DNA from: Heptranchias perlo
Taxonomy: Eukaryota
Reading direction: 5' to 3'
Assembly (NCBI RefSeq): GCF_035084215.1
Contig: NC_090352.1
Coordinates: 26,350,001-26,414,000, forward strand
DNA: 64,000 nucleotides
Part shown: positions 1 to 11,434 of the stretch, one piece after another
Position numbering within the stretch: the first letter of the stretch is position 1
How the letters are laid out: each line of letters begins with the position of its first letter
Position numbers and translations under genes: made by a program
The notes under the pieces: model-generated
Told to the model about the DNA's origin: nothing
Database searches by the model: none
The model's input: the letters and a program-made list of their open reading frames with translations, nothing else

Positions 1-392
1 CCTTGCAACAAAAATAATCAAATCATTAAATAGGTACTGCTTCATTTGCTACTGGGAACCTGAGATGGAACAACTTTTGGGACCCAGGATGTTAGATATT
101 TTGAATGTGACAAGAGGTAGAAAGAATAAGGAAACTTCAAACTTGTGTATCTATAAAGAGAAAGTTTAATTTACTACTTTAAGTCTTTGATTAGTGGGAA
201 GTGAACTTTGATGCTTTTTTCTTAGAAATATAAAAGTTGCACAGAAATATTCACTTTTGGCAATTTTATCTGTGGCATTATGCTTTCTTTAGCACCATAG
301 GAATAATTTTGTTGAATTTACATTATGAGAGAAACACAAAATTAATGTGTTGATTTTATAAAATGTGAAAGTATTAATGATTATAAAATAAC

Positions 393-765
393 AGGCCAGA
401 TCTCTAACAACAATTTACTACATGCAAGAATGAGATCGAACAATTTAAATTCTTCCCTTTCCGGGCCAGAGAGGTTGATTGGCACTGCATTAGCAATTAT
501 CACATTAAGCTCCAGCCCTAACTTTCTGCAGTGAATTTAATCAGCAATTATTGTGCAACTTCAGCAAGTTCTTAAAAATAACGGAGACTCAGAGCGAAAT
601 GCCGTTTCTTTGAAGCAAATGGCGAAGTGGCATAAATCGATCAGCAAGTTCTGGAGGTTCGCAACTCACGGCATATCTCAATCACCTGAACGTGCTGGCC
701 AATTTGCGCATTAATAATGGCATGTGTCGTTAACACGCTGTTATTTTTCTGGCAAGATCCGGCCC
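393..765. mobile_element. MITE-like element
   Basis: TIR-like GGCCAGATCT / AGATCCGGCC around a CpG-richer interior. Confidence 0.5.
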
Positions 766-1779
766 AATCCCATAGTTTTATTTAACACTTCTTTAAATGA
801 ACAGCAAGAAAAATCTCAGCAACAGTGGGAGTCAGGTCACAGATCACATCGAATCATATCTTTTATGATGTTTTAAGGGGCTACAAATACTTTTAGGAGG
901 TTTCCCATACAGAAAAACATTTGAATACTACAGATACAATTTGTTCACTGCTCTTTTCTGATTTGTTGGAATATTTTATTGGCCCATTTCTACATAATCC
1001 CACATAAACATATTTTAGGGATAAGATACAGAAGCTTCTTTCAATTGAAAAGGGTGAAAAATTCAGTGTCAATTTTTTTTTAAAAAAGTTAACATAGCCA
1101 CTATATTATACATCACAAACTTTTTCATACACATTCACAATGGACATTTTCCAAGCAAAAAAGCTTGAGTAGGGGCCAAGCATGAGGAAACCAAGTCTCT
1201 GGAAATTCTCTCTGTATCCTGCACTATGTTCATTCAACGGACAGTTTAATTTCATCTAGCCTACTTACTCTGACTTGATTTACTAGCGAAACTGGTCAAG
1301 TAAGGAAAGTGCTCAGTTTAAAAAGTAGCTCAGTACATCCAATAATAGATGTCAAATATGTGTTTCATGTAGTAATATCTGCTTAGGAAAATGATACTTC
1401 TCTTACTGTAATATATTAAGGGGACGGATGAATGAAACCTGAAGTTTGCAGTTTATTTTATCTAGTTAAGGTGAAACTTCAAATTGCAATCATATTTTTC
1501 TTAGTTTTTATAGGCCTTTGTCAATAGAAGTCAGGAATGTAGAGTTGGTGGAGAAGAAGTTAAATCGATGATGGCTAACCAAGGCGTGCCCAAAGTGGCA
1601 CAAGTTGCAACATCTAGTGGCACATTGAAGACATGGAATCCAAATATTTAAAATCTACTAACAGTAACATTACCAACATTGAAGAAAATGAACTGGTGCT
1701 TCATGTGCAATCAAATATATTTTGCCATGACTTACATACACAAACAATGCAACTATTTTTCACACAAACATCCATGAGG

Positions 1780-2010
1780 TGAATGACCACTTAATTTATT
1801 TTCTGGCAGGGTTGGTTAAGGGAAGAATATTGGCCAGGACACTAAGAGAAAGAGCCTCAACTGAACATGTAATCTGTAGGATGGCACCTCTGACAATGTA
1901 GCACTCTTTCACTAGTGCACTGTAGTATCACCTATGTGCTCAAGACCTGGAATGAGACTTGAACCCACAACCTTCTGGTGGAGAGGCAAGAATGCCACCC
2001 ACTGAGCAAT
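1780..2010 (-). mobile_element. Diverged Deu-domain SINE copy
   Basis: Reverse complement of the SINE head and body (gacttgaacccacaaccttctg, aatattggccaggacac). Confidence 0.6.
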
Positions 2011-2163
2011 GCTGATAGTGAGAATAAGAAAGCTCAACACGCAAAGGACCCAACCGTAACATATTTATTTGTTTCTTTTTCCCACAAGTTTACAGCAGCT
2101 TTAACTCTCAGAATACCATCACATTGTGCACCAACACAACTACAGCATGATTGGCTTCCTTAC

Positions 2164-2202
2164 CTGAACATTTTTCCTTGCCTTCAGTAAGCCCGATGAA
2201 GG
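2164..2202 (-). CDS. MYO18A: Candidate 39-nt in-frame cassette exon of MYO18A (PSSGLLKARKNVQ)
   Basis: Minus strand ttttactttcag|CCTTCATCGGGCTTACTGAAGGCAAGGAAAAATGTTCAG|gtaagg: strong acceptor and donor, phase 0/0, no stop. Confidence 0.55.
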
Positions 2203-5200
2203 CTGAAAGTAAAACTGAAGTCACAGTTCATCGGTTCTATTAACATGTTGAATTAAGAAGTTTCACTAAAATCAAGTAGATTTGGTGAAAGGTACTGTTT
2301 GTATTAGTTTTCATGCTGTTAAAAGTTATAATAAACTGCATGACATTGTACTGCTGACAAATGGTCTCATGACTGAGTTACTTTTATCAGTCAATAAAAC
2401 ATTTATGAATCAAGGGAACATCTGCTAACTGCCACAACACATTATCTGAAATGCAAGCTTCAGCAGTATAATAGTTGTAGTAACTTCACTCACAAAACTA
2501 GGGAGATAAAAGACAAAAACATTTCTGAATGTTACTATTAAAAAGGTAATTTGGTGCATGTTAACTGCTGTTAAAAATTCAGCATTCAGGCAACCAAATT
2601 CATTTTTTATAAACCCATAAATCTTTGAAGCACGGTGTGGCCGAGTGAGTTTGGAATGAAAGTTGTGGAGGCTAAGGAGGGAATAAAACAAAGCATGGTT
2701 AAGAACATAGAAAGCAGAGAAAGGCAGCACAAAGCTGGGCCGAGAGGAATACAGTGTTGGCCAAATAGTTATCAATGACATAGGTAATACAGAACGTGTA
2801 AAAGGACAGTAAGAACAAAAACGTACCCAGGACAGGGAAAAGCAAAGAGTGGATCAGACACATAAATGGACCCCAGCCAAAATGAATATCCCGGTCAATA
2901 AGGCTAACAGTTATGAAAAAAGTGCATCTTATAAATTTAAACCTTGAAATCTGTTTAAATTTTTTTTTAAATGGAGTAAAATTTACAATTATTTAAGGTG
3001 GTCAGACCAAGCATGAAATTCTGGAGAGCTGCCTGTTAATTGTGGGATATGAGGCATGCTTCTGGAAGTACAGCTAGATTTGCATTCCCTACCAGACAAC
3101 TCCCAAGTATAACTTACGCTGAGACCACACTCTGCTATGGTTTTGAAGGAAACAGCATCATTACACATCTCCATATGCAACAGCCTATTTTAGCATAGGA
3201 GTGTTCACTGACATCGGCAACAAAAAAAAAGGGAATAGTCCATAGCTAGAATGGATCGCAGCTGAGTAACTGCTACTGTATGTAAAAAAAAAGTAAAGTA
3301 CTGAACTGAGGCCTAGAATTCAGTACTGCAATGGAACATTTTTCTGATGCTTTTCATTCGCAAAGCTAGTACAACATCTATATTTAAAAATAAATGTTGT
3401 GGTGCTCCCCAATGGCTCAGTTGGTAAAGCCAGCGTGGAACTGTGCCGTACAAACAGAAAAGGTTCATACAGTGTAATTGGATCTCAGCTGGGGCAGCAT
3501 TACACTGCTACAATTGGATCTCCCTGGGATAGGTAGGAAGAAGAAAAAAAGCTAGTGACCATTACCTGCAAGAAAATTCACGTGAGATCATTTGAGTGAA
3601 AAACAGGATCAGGCTCAGCACGTCAATTAGCCTACTCACGCTGAGCTCAACTCAAACATGCATCAATGCTTTCAGAAGGGAAAATACAGGGAGGATGTTA
3701 AGTTTGTAATTACATGCAAATCTAAAATAAAACTAGGTTTCAATCTGAATTAATTCTACAGTGAACTAAATAGATTACAACTAGAACATTATCTAGTTAA
3801 AAAGTGCATTCCACAAATATAATATTCCGATCAATCATGATCAGGGCATCTTGCCAAATACAACAATATTCCTCGCTATTAACCAGCCTATACATTGCAA
3901 CACGACACTAAGTAGAAGGTACTAGCTAATTTGGTGCCTCTAACCTGTCCATAATGACTTCAATCCTATTCAGAAACTATTTCTGGCTTGAAATAAATAT
4001 GATGTTAAGAAGGCAAGGGTGTACCATAATGATGGATCTGTACAAAATCATTCTGTAAATAAGAGTCAACTGATCAGTTACTGAAAGTTTTAATTATTAA
4101 CCAAGCTTTCTGACAATTAGGACAGAAATTTTGGAAAACATTTTATTGCCTTTGGTTATTCTACTAAAAATATAACGCAACATCCCTAATGCTCCTGCGG
4201 GCACAGTTTATAATGGTGCAATTGTTGTTTGATGTACTTATTGACCAAGTTGACATTCAGAACTTGTGACCATGAATGTTCCTCTCAACTAATGGAACAA
4301 CTTCAAAAATATAGACAAAACTAACATTTGTTTTATTACCAGTAAATTCAAAGGGCTGAAAAGCTCATCCACAAGATGAAAAGTACAAATCTATTATACA
4401 AAATAAACCATGCTAATTCCAGCACGTGTAAATGCACTTCACATAAGTGCTTACCAATATCAATGGTTTTCTACAGATTTCATCAATAAGCTTTCACTCT
4501 TAATAACCTGTCAACCTCAGGTCTTTGCAATTTATTGATTTTGACATCATATGGATCCTGTAGGCTATTTCAAAAGTGAGCATGTTTGCATGTCAAAAGC
4601 ATTAGAACAAGAGGAAACAAAAATCTGCTGGACAACAGATTGCAGACATTCTTGTATGATGAATTAGTATGTCCTAAATTCACACTACTTTGATTTATGC
4701 AAGTTCACAGTATGCATTTCTAACCCATTAAACATTCAATAATCAGTCATGTGCATAAATTGGATTGCTATCATGTAAGGATTCCAAAATCTGGGAACAG
4801 CATGTTCCGAATAATACATATATCTTACATCATTACAACATTGAATTTATGTTAGCTGCTGTATGCTGATTTCTACATTAGTAAGCTAATTTAAATAAAA
4901 ATACAATCATCACCGCAGGCACAATACCGAATCAGTAAGGAATAAATAAAACCACTTGCCAAAATACAGCATCAAAAATACACAATTCTCAAAATTGAAG
5001 AGTGCTTCATGATTCATTGCACCTTTCCCCCAACCCCAAAAATATTATTAAAAACAAACAATGTGCTTGCATTCTCTTATAGCTACCTGTACGCCCTTTT
5101 AATCAATTTGCTTTCAAGTGATTGGATTGGGCTTTTTGAATCATGTGCCACATGCTCCTATTGCTCTTCTAGTAATAAGATTTGACATGATTCCCATGGA

Positions 5201-5440
5201 CCACAATAGTGATGGGAACACCAGTTTTTTTTTTAAATTCTAGTAATAGCAACCACTCTTCCCATCTTTTCTGCCTCACTCCACTTCAAAATCACTGGCC
5301 TGGGGTTGCAGGTATCCCTGCAGTCTCACTCTCATTGTCCTCTTGCCACTCAATCCCAACCCCACTCCTCTTACCCCAGCCGCGTGACAGTAAGTGCACT
5401 TTGAAGATTTTAACCCGTTCCACGCACTGTTGCCCTCCGG

Positions 5441-5471
<31 letters not shown>

Positions 5472-5490
5472 GGGGGGGGGGGGAGGGGGA
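5441..5490. repeat. (GT)n followed by a long poly-G run
   Basis: Seen directly. Confidence 0.9.
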
Positions 5491-5949
5491 TGGAGGGATT
5501 AAAATCGATCCCAATGTATTGAAATCAAGACTGTATGGCAGTGGATGTCAAAGCTTGGGAGACATTTAATGAGGCATTGGATGCTGTGATGGAGGCACCA
5601 TAGATTTATCTATATGGATGAGCCAGATGGGTGAATGGCTTTCCTCATTTATAGTTTTTCTGTAGCCGTCACACACAATCTCCCGTGTTTGTTCATTCTT
5701 TATGCAGAAGCTCAAAACACCAGCCTACCTCCCTCAACTTTTCCTTCCTCCCACAATCTTTAGGCTTTGAAAACCAAAGCTTAGTATCAACTAATCTCTA
5801 CTGCCTGATTTATCTGGTGTTTTACTTTTTTCAACCTTAGTGGCGTCCTATATTATGTGCATTGGTCCTTTATTTTAGTCTTTCAACAATAATGAAAATA
5901 ACCACAAATCTTTTGGGCAAGCCCAGATGAATCAACTGTGCTCACTTGG

Positions 5950-6265
5950 CGGAACTCTCTCTCAATAAGACTACAATTAGAAGGTTATGGGTTCAAGCCT
6001 CATTTCAAGACGTAAGCACATAATCTAGGCTGACTTGTTCCAACATTAAAGGAAACCAAAGAGAGGTGGTCCAATATCCTGGTCAATATTCAGCTCTCAA
6101 TTACCATCAAAAACAGATCAACTAGTAATTCATCCCACTGCCACTTGCTTTGAGTAAATAGGCTGCTGTGTTTAACTACATTAACAGTCACTTCAAAGTT
6201 CATTGAAGGTGAAGCCTTTTGAGAGGTTTGAGATTTGATATGGCACTATATAAATACAAGTCTTT
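5950..6265 (+). mobile_element. Diverged Deu-domain SINE copy
   Basis: gggttcaagcc...cacataatctaggctgac...ggcactatataaatacaag. Confidence 0.6.
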
Positions 6266-6411
6266 CAGTGTCTAACAAATTACTATGTAATGTATCATGG
6301 GATCACCAGTTAGTATTCAAGAATTGTTATTGAAGCAACACTAACATACTCTGAATATCTGCTCTTACTCTACTGCCATAAAAGAACAGACAATAAGCTA
6401 TTAAATAACCA

Positions 6412-6545
6412 AGTCTGATGAAAGATCATCAACCTGAAACGTTAAGCCTTTGTTTATCCATAGATGCTGCCTGACCTGAGTGTTTGCAGTACAGCATTTT
6501 CTGTTTTTATTTCATATTTCCAGCATTTGCAGTATTTTGCTTTAG
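6412..6545 (+). mobile_element. 3' end of the older PLE family with a degenerate hammerhead
   Basis: CTGATGAAAG...CCTGAAACGTT followed by the same tail as 31560-31640; further tail copies at about 20165-20250 and 33925-33990 (minus strand). Confidence 0.6.
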
Positions 6546-6599
6546 ACAATACATCATTGTACATTTGTTCTCAATTTGCAATACAGAGATAAGGAAAAC

Positions 6600-7160
6600 A
6601 AGGAGAAAATTTTTAAAAATATTAAAAAGAACAATAAGGTATGCTTCAATTATATCTGTAAACAGAGAATTGTTAAATTGCAAGGTGGGACCCCAGAGTG
6701 AAGAGGATAGCGAGTTAGGGGGGGATAAATGGAAATCATCTAAGATACTTAATAAGTATTTCACAAAAGAGAAGTCTGCGAGGTGACCTGATACAGGTCT
6801 TTAAAATTATGTCAGGGTTCGATAGGGTAGACGTAGAGAACATATTCCCATTTGTGGGAGAGTCCAAAACTAGGGGCCATAAATATAAGATAGTCACTAA
6901 TAAATCCAATAAGGAATTCAGGAGTGGTAAGAATGTGGAATTCACTACCACATGGAGTGGTTGAGGCGAATAGCAAAGATGCATTTAAGGGGAAGCTAGA
7001 TGAGTACACGAGGGAGAAAGGAAAAGAAAGATATGGTGATAGGGTGAGATGAAGTAAGGTGGGAAGTGGCTCATATGGAACAAGGCTCGTGTAGAGCATA
7101 AACACCAGCATAGACCTGTTGGGCCAGATGGTCTGTTTCTGTGCTGTAAATTCTATGTAA
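6600..7160 (+). mobile_element. CR1 LINE 3' fragment
   Basis: LRGDLIQVFKIMSGFDRVDVENIFP-like coding remnant plus CR1 3' UTR (ttgggccagatggtctgtttctgtgctgta). Confidence 0.8.
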
Positions 7161-8148
7161 AACATTAAGTAATCTCTTCAATTTTTTTGTCCTTCTCAAT
7201 CCTGGAGGCGGCTCGTCAGGTGAGGCCTCAACTAAAATGATCGCAAACAGGCAGTGGAGATTGTGTGATTTTCCTGTTTTACCACGGTGTGCTTGTGGGA
7301 ATAGCTTTTTTTTGTTTACCTGGTTAATTCCAGTAGGCGTTTGCAGCCAAAGATCTGCTGTTGCGTTACGTTAATGATGAGCCACCTCGCTCCACTTTTG
7401 AGTTCCTTTATAGTGGCCAGGGTTTTTTTTTTGTTTTAAGGGCAATATCGGAAAGAGTTAGTTCAAGAAAAGGAGCTGGCTTTGCCAAAGTGATTATTGG
7501 CTTTCTCTCCACCCATCTGTTTATCGATTCCCTCTTACTCAATTCTTTGACCTTGCATTCTTCTTAATGAAAGACTGCTATCAACAAGAAAACAAAATGC
7601 ACTACGCATGCGCGAAGTACACGATGCCATGGTGGCTTCGGTAGGCACGTAAAGCGTGTGTCTCATCTGTCAAAAAGGTTACTAGCCGCCACTGCTTAGT
7701 CCACATTCAAGTCAGCCTTCAGATCAGAAAAGGATGCTAAGTCCAGCTTACAGGCATCTTCATGAATGCAATTAATGTTGTTTCTTAGTTGTCCCACCGA
7801 CAGTTGGATTTGATACTCTAAAACTGCATTTTCATTACAACTTTAGTTGACACTCCAGTATAGTACTGAGGAAGGCCAATTTATATTATAATCTTAGTAG
7901 TTTCACTCACTCCATAATCAGGGCCTGACTTGACTCAAGAGAAAAGTGATGCAAGACCCCCCTGCTTTCGTTTGGTACCATATGGAATCTTAGCTCCAGT
8001 GCAATGTCAAAAGATGGGTTTAAAAAGTGCAGAAGGAGTCCCTATCTAGTTAATTTAAATGTTTCCAGGGTGCAGTCACTGCCACCTACACAACAAACAT
8101 TTCAATTTTTTTCAAAACTGTTGGGAGAGATGGTTTACACATACATAC

Positions 8149-8230
8149 CATCATGCATGCACAGAGTTCTCCCCTGCGCAGAAGAATTGGAATTCCATCC
8201 AGGCAGTGCAAACAAGACGCTGGTCAGAGC
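8149..8230 (-). other. Candidate alternative 5' exon of MYO18A ending ATG ATG|gtatgt (beta-type, PDZ-less start)
   Basis: Acceptor cattccgcag| at 8231/8230; two in-frame Met codons (8154-8149) directly before a phase-0 GTATGT donor. Confidence 0.35.
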
Positions 8231-10602
8231 CTGCGGAATGCAGCGTTCAAAATTTTCTCCCCCTTTTTCCGATGACCAAGAACATCAAACACATCTAATT
8301 CATTTCATTCAAACCACAACAATAAACAAAAATTAATTACCAGATAGCTGAGGCTTTTCAGATCCATAAGGACACTTTTATTTGACCAACTACCAGATGG
8401 CAACTTCAACCTCTAATTCAATTCCTACGGTTGTAATTATGCTGAATAGTACCGTCCAAAAGGCTTAAATAATTGACGATGTACATTCCAAATTGATTAT
8501 TTTTGGACTGATCTGCTATAAAGAAAACAACTTCCCTTCATCATGAGGAACTACACCTTTGTTCAGCTGTTATTTTCAATGCAGGGAAGTTTCTGGTTAG
8601 AAGTAAAGTGTAACAAATCACTTTTGATCTTTGTCAACATAAAAAAGATCTTCCATCCTCTGAAAAAAAACTGATGTTTTGTTCATCCACCCTCTCTTCC
8701 TAAAAAAAAATTATACAAGCCAGAAGCTTGAACTAAATGTTGCCTCAGCTTGTTCAAACTATCTCAACAGTGCACTGTATTTATTTTACAAAGTTAAATA
8801 AATACAAGCATATTTCACTAACTTCACAAAATCATAACCACCATTCTTAAGTTATTGGCAAAGAGCTTTTCCAAAACAAATGTTTTAAAACAAAGTGTTG
8901 GAGTAAACAAGTATGGTTACACAAAGGACTGAAGTAGTAAAATTAAATGAAAATATGCCAATACATATCTAAGAACAATGCATCCATGTGAATGAAAACA
9001 ATTAATCTAAAATGTAAGACTTTTTAATGTGTTGTTCAGCAGTTGGAGAGAGGAAGGTAGGGAACATTTCATGTTTTGTGCTTTTTACGTGTTACTTCTT
9101 CCACATTTTGGGAGGTGGAGTAAGATTTCAAAATTTGCTATTCAAGTCTAAATGTATAGCTGCTTCTTTAAAGACTTTATCCCACAGGACTATTATTCAG
9201 CCTAAACATTATAAGGACACAACAGTGCACAAATGTCTTTACTGTGTTTTATGATTTTAGCTTCCTGATAAAATTAAATTATTTGAAGACCATAAGATCT
9301 TATTGTTAGCATATTTTGTTAATATTGGATAGACAGTCATGGATCAGCAATATTGCTTAGAACTCTCCCCAGGAGCGTCATCGTACACACGTGCGCACAC
9401 ACACAGTAGGTGTATCAGTAGGATACCAGCATCTTAACAAAAGCAATACTCATTCCAAAGCTCACTACGTAATCAATTCACTTCTGCAGAATCTTAGTTA
9501 TATCAGAGTTTTAGAAAGCTATCAGCACACCACAGCCAAGCTTCAAGTTTGTTTTTGAGTGGTTGAACACCATTGTTTTCATGGTGTTCTTCATTTAAAG
9601 ATCACTTTGTGGCAGCTCAATGCAAACACCTTTTAACTGGTCATTTTCAAGTTCACATCTCAGAGTTCTGCAAGTCTCTCAAATATCTTGTGAAGTGTTT
9701 TTTGAGGCTTTTCAATCAAGTGGCTAAATGGGACACCAGTGAAATGCTGCTGACTGGTATGCTCCATTCAAGTGTCACGTAGAGATGATCTATTCCAGTC
9801 GTGTAGGTAATCCATTCCACCTTTTTAGCTAGGACAAAAAATATGGTAGCAACTAGACTACAAACCAAATAAAACTGAAAAGGAAAGGCCAAACTTTTGA
9901 CAGGACTGTGGAGGGGACAAGGAAGTTCACAAAATCTTATTGATTACATTAAAAAAGGTGTTACATACTGTATCACAGTGTGCTACAATTAGCCATGTTG
10001 CAGGTTTATGATCAGATAAGCAAATCAAGAGAATTCAGAGTACAGCAGCATAAATCTTAATCAATAAGACCTCACAGCAAGTACAGTTTTCCCATAAACT
10101 CAACAACCATTTCCCTAACCCACTTGTTGGTCTCACATTGAAAAACATACAACCAAACAGCTGAACAGCTAGTGCTGGCAAACTTTACACTCAGCAGGAG
10201 CAAACTGCTGCAGTCCTGGAAGCAGCGGAGGTCAGGAAGCCATTCACTTGCCCTAGCACACGCTGGCCTCTACATTTCCTGTGTGGATGAGATCACTTCC
10301 AAAATAACCAGGAGTTATAGCTCTTCTCTATTAAAAGCTGCTGTACACAAAGGGGTCATTTGTAAACCATGAAAAATATCAAGTATAGTCCCCACTGCAC
10401 ATTAAAAATAACTTGGAATTTCAAATCAGTCCCTTTTTAAATTGTTTAGTATGATCCATTGCAGTCATAAGCTTTAATGGTGCAATTAATTCTACATAAA
10501 AAGTTACTTTTACATCATGTTACAGTATTACATATTGTTGCAGTACAAATAGTCATGTATCCTTCATTTAATCTTATATACATAGTAGTTTGGTAGAATT
10601 GG

Positions 10603-11434
10603 TGTTTACAGAATGCCCCTGCAACTGCCCGTTGCCAAGGCAATCACCGTGTTCAGACAGAGAGGTGTCACCTGCAGAACCCCCGAATACACATTCAACA
10701 AAAAAACAAACAGGAAAAAAAAGAGAGGCAGAAACATCCGGAAGGCAGAGAAAGCCAGCAAATGACCCATTATATTAAAAACAGATAACATTTGTTCGCT
10801 GGTGGGGTAACGTGTAGCGTGACATGAACCACGCAACAATCGCCAAACAGGAGGGTTCCCTCCCAGTCGGGGAACACTTCAGCAGTCATGGACATTCATC
10901 CACCGACCTTCGGGTAAGCGTACTCCAAGGCGGCCTTCGAGACACACGACAACGCAAAATCGTCGAGCAGAAATTGATAGCCAAGTTCCGCACCCATGAG
11001 GACGGCCTCAACCGGGATCTTGGGTTCATGTCACGCTACACGTTACCCCACCAGCGAACAAATGTTATCTGTTTTTAATATAATGGGTCATTTGCTGGCT
11101 TTCTCTGCCTTCCGGATGTTTCTGCCTCTCTCTGTTTTTTTTCCTGTTTGTTTTTTTGTTGAATGTGTATTCGGGGGTTCTGCAGGTGACACCTCTCTGT
11201 CTGAATACGGTGATTGCCTTGGCAACGGGCAGTTGCAGGGGCAGTCTGTAAACACCATGTATTGTTCTATATGTATAAATGCGTAGGCTTCGAGGAGCTC
11301 CTGAACATTTACCTGAGGAAGGAGGAAGTCTCCGAAAGCTTGTGAATTTAAAATAAAATTGCTGGACTATAACTTGGTGTTGTAAAATTGTTTACAATTG
11401 TCAACCCCAGTCCATCACCGGCATCTCCACATCA
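10603..11434 (+). mobile_element. Young Penelope-like retroelement, 5'-truncated, with inverted 5' segment and 12-bp TSD
   Basis: The ORF fragment PVGEHFSSHGH..DLRVSVLQGG...RKIVEQKLIAKFRTHEDGLNRDLG is the C-terminus of a GIY-YIG endonuclease. 10601-10830 is an inverted copy of about 11023-11256. TSD TGGTAGAATTGG at 10591-10602 and 11435-11446. Confidence 0.88.
11307..11347 (+). ncRNA. Minimal type I hammerhead ribozyme motif in the PLE 3' end
   Basis: AUUUAC-CUGAGGA-A-GGAGG(AAG)UCUCC-GAAA-GC-UU-GUGAAU: stem I, conserved core, stem II, palindromic AGCU stem III. Confidence 0.75.
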
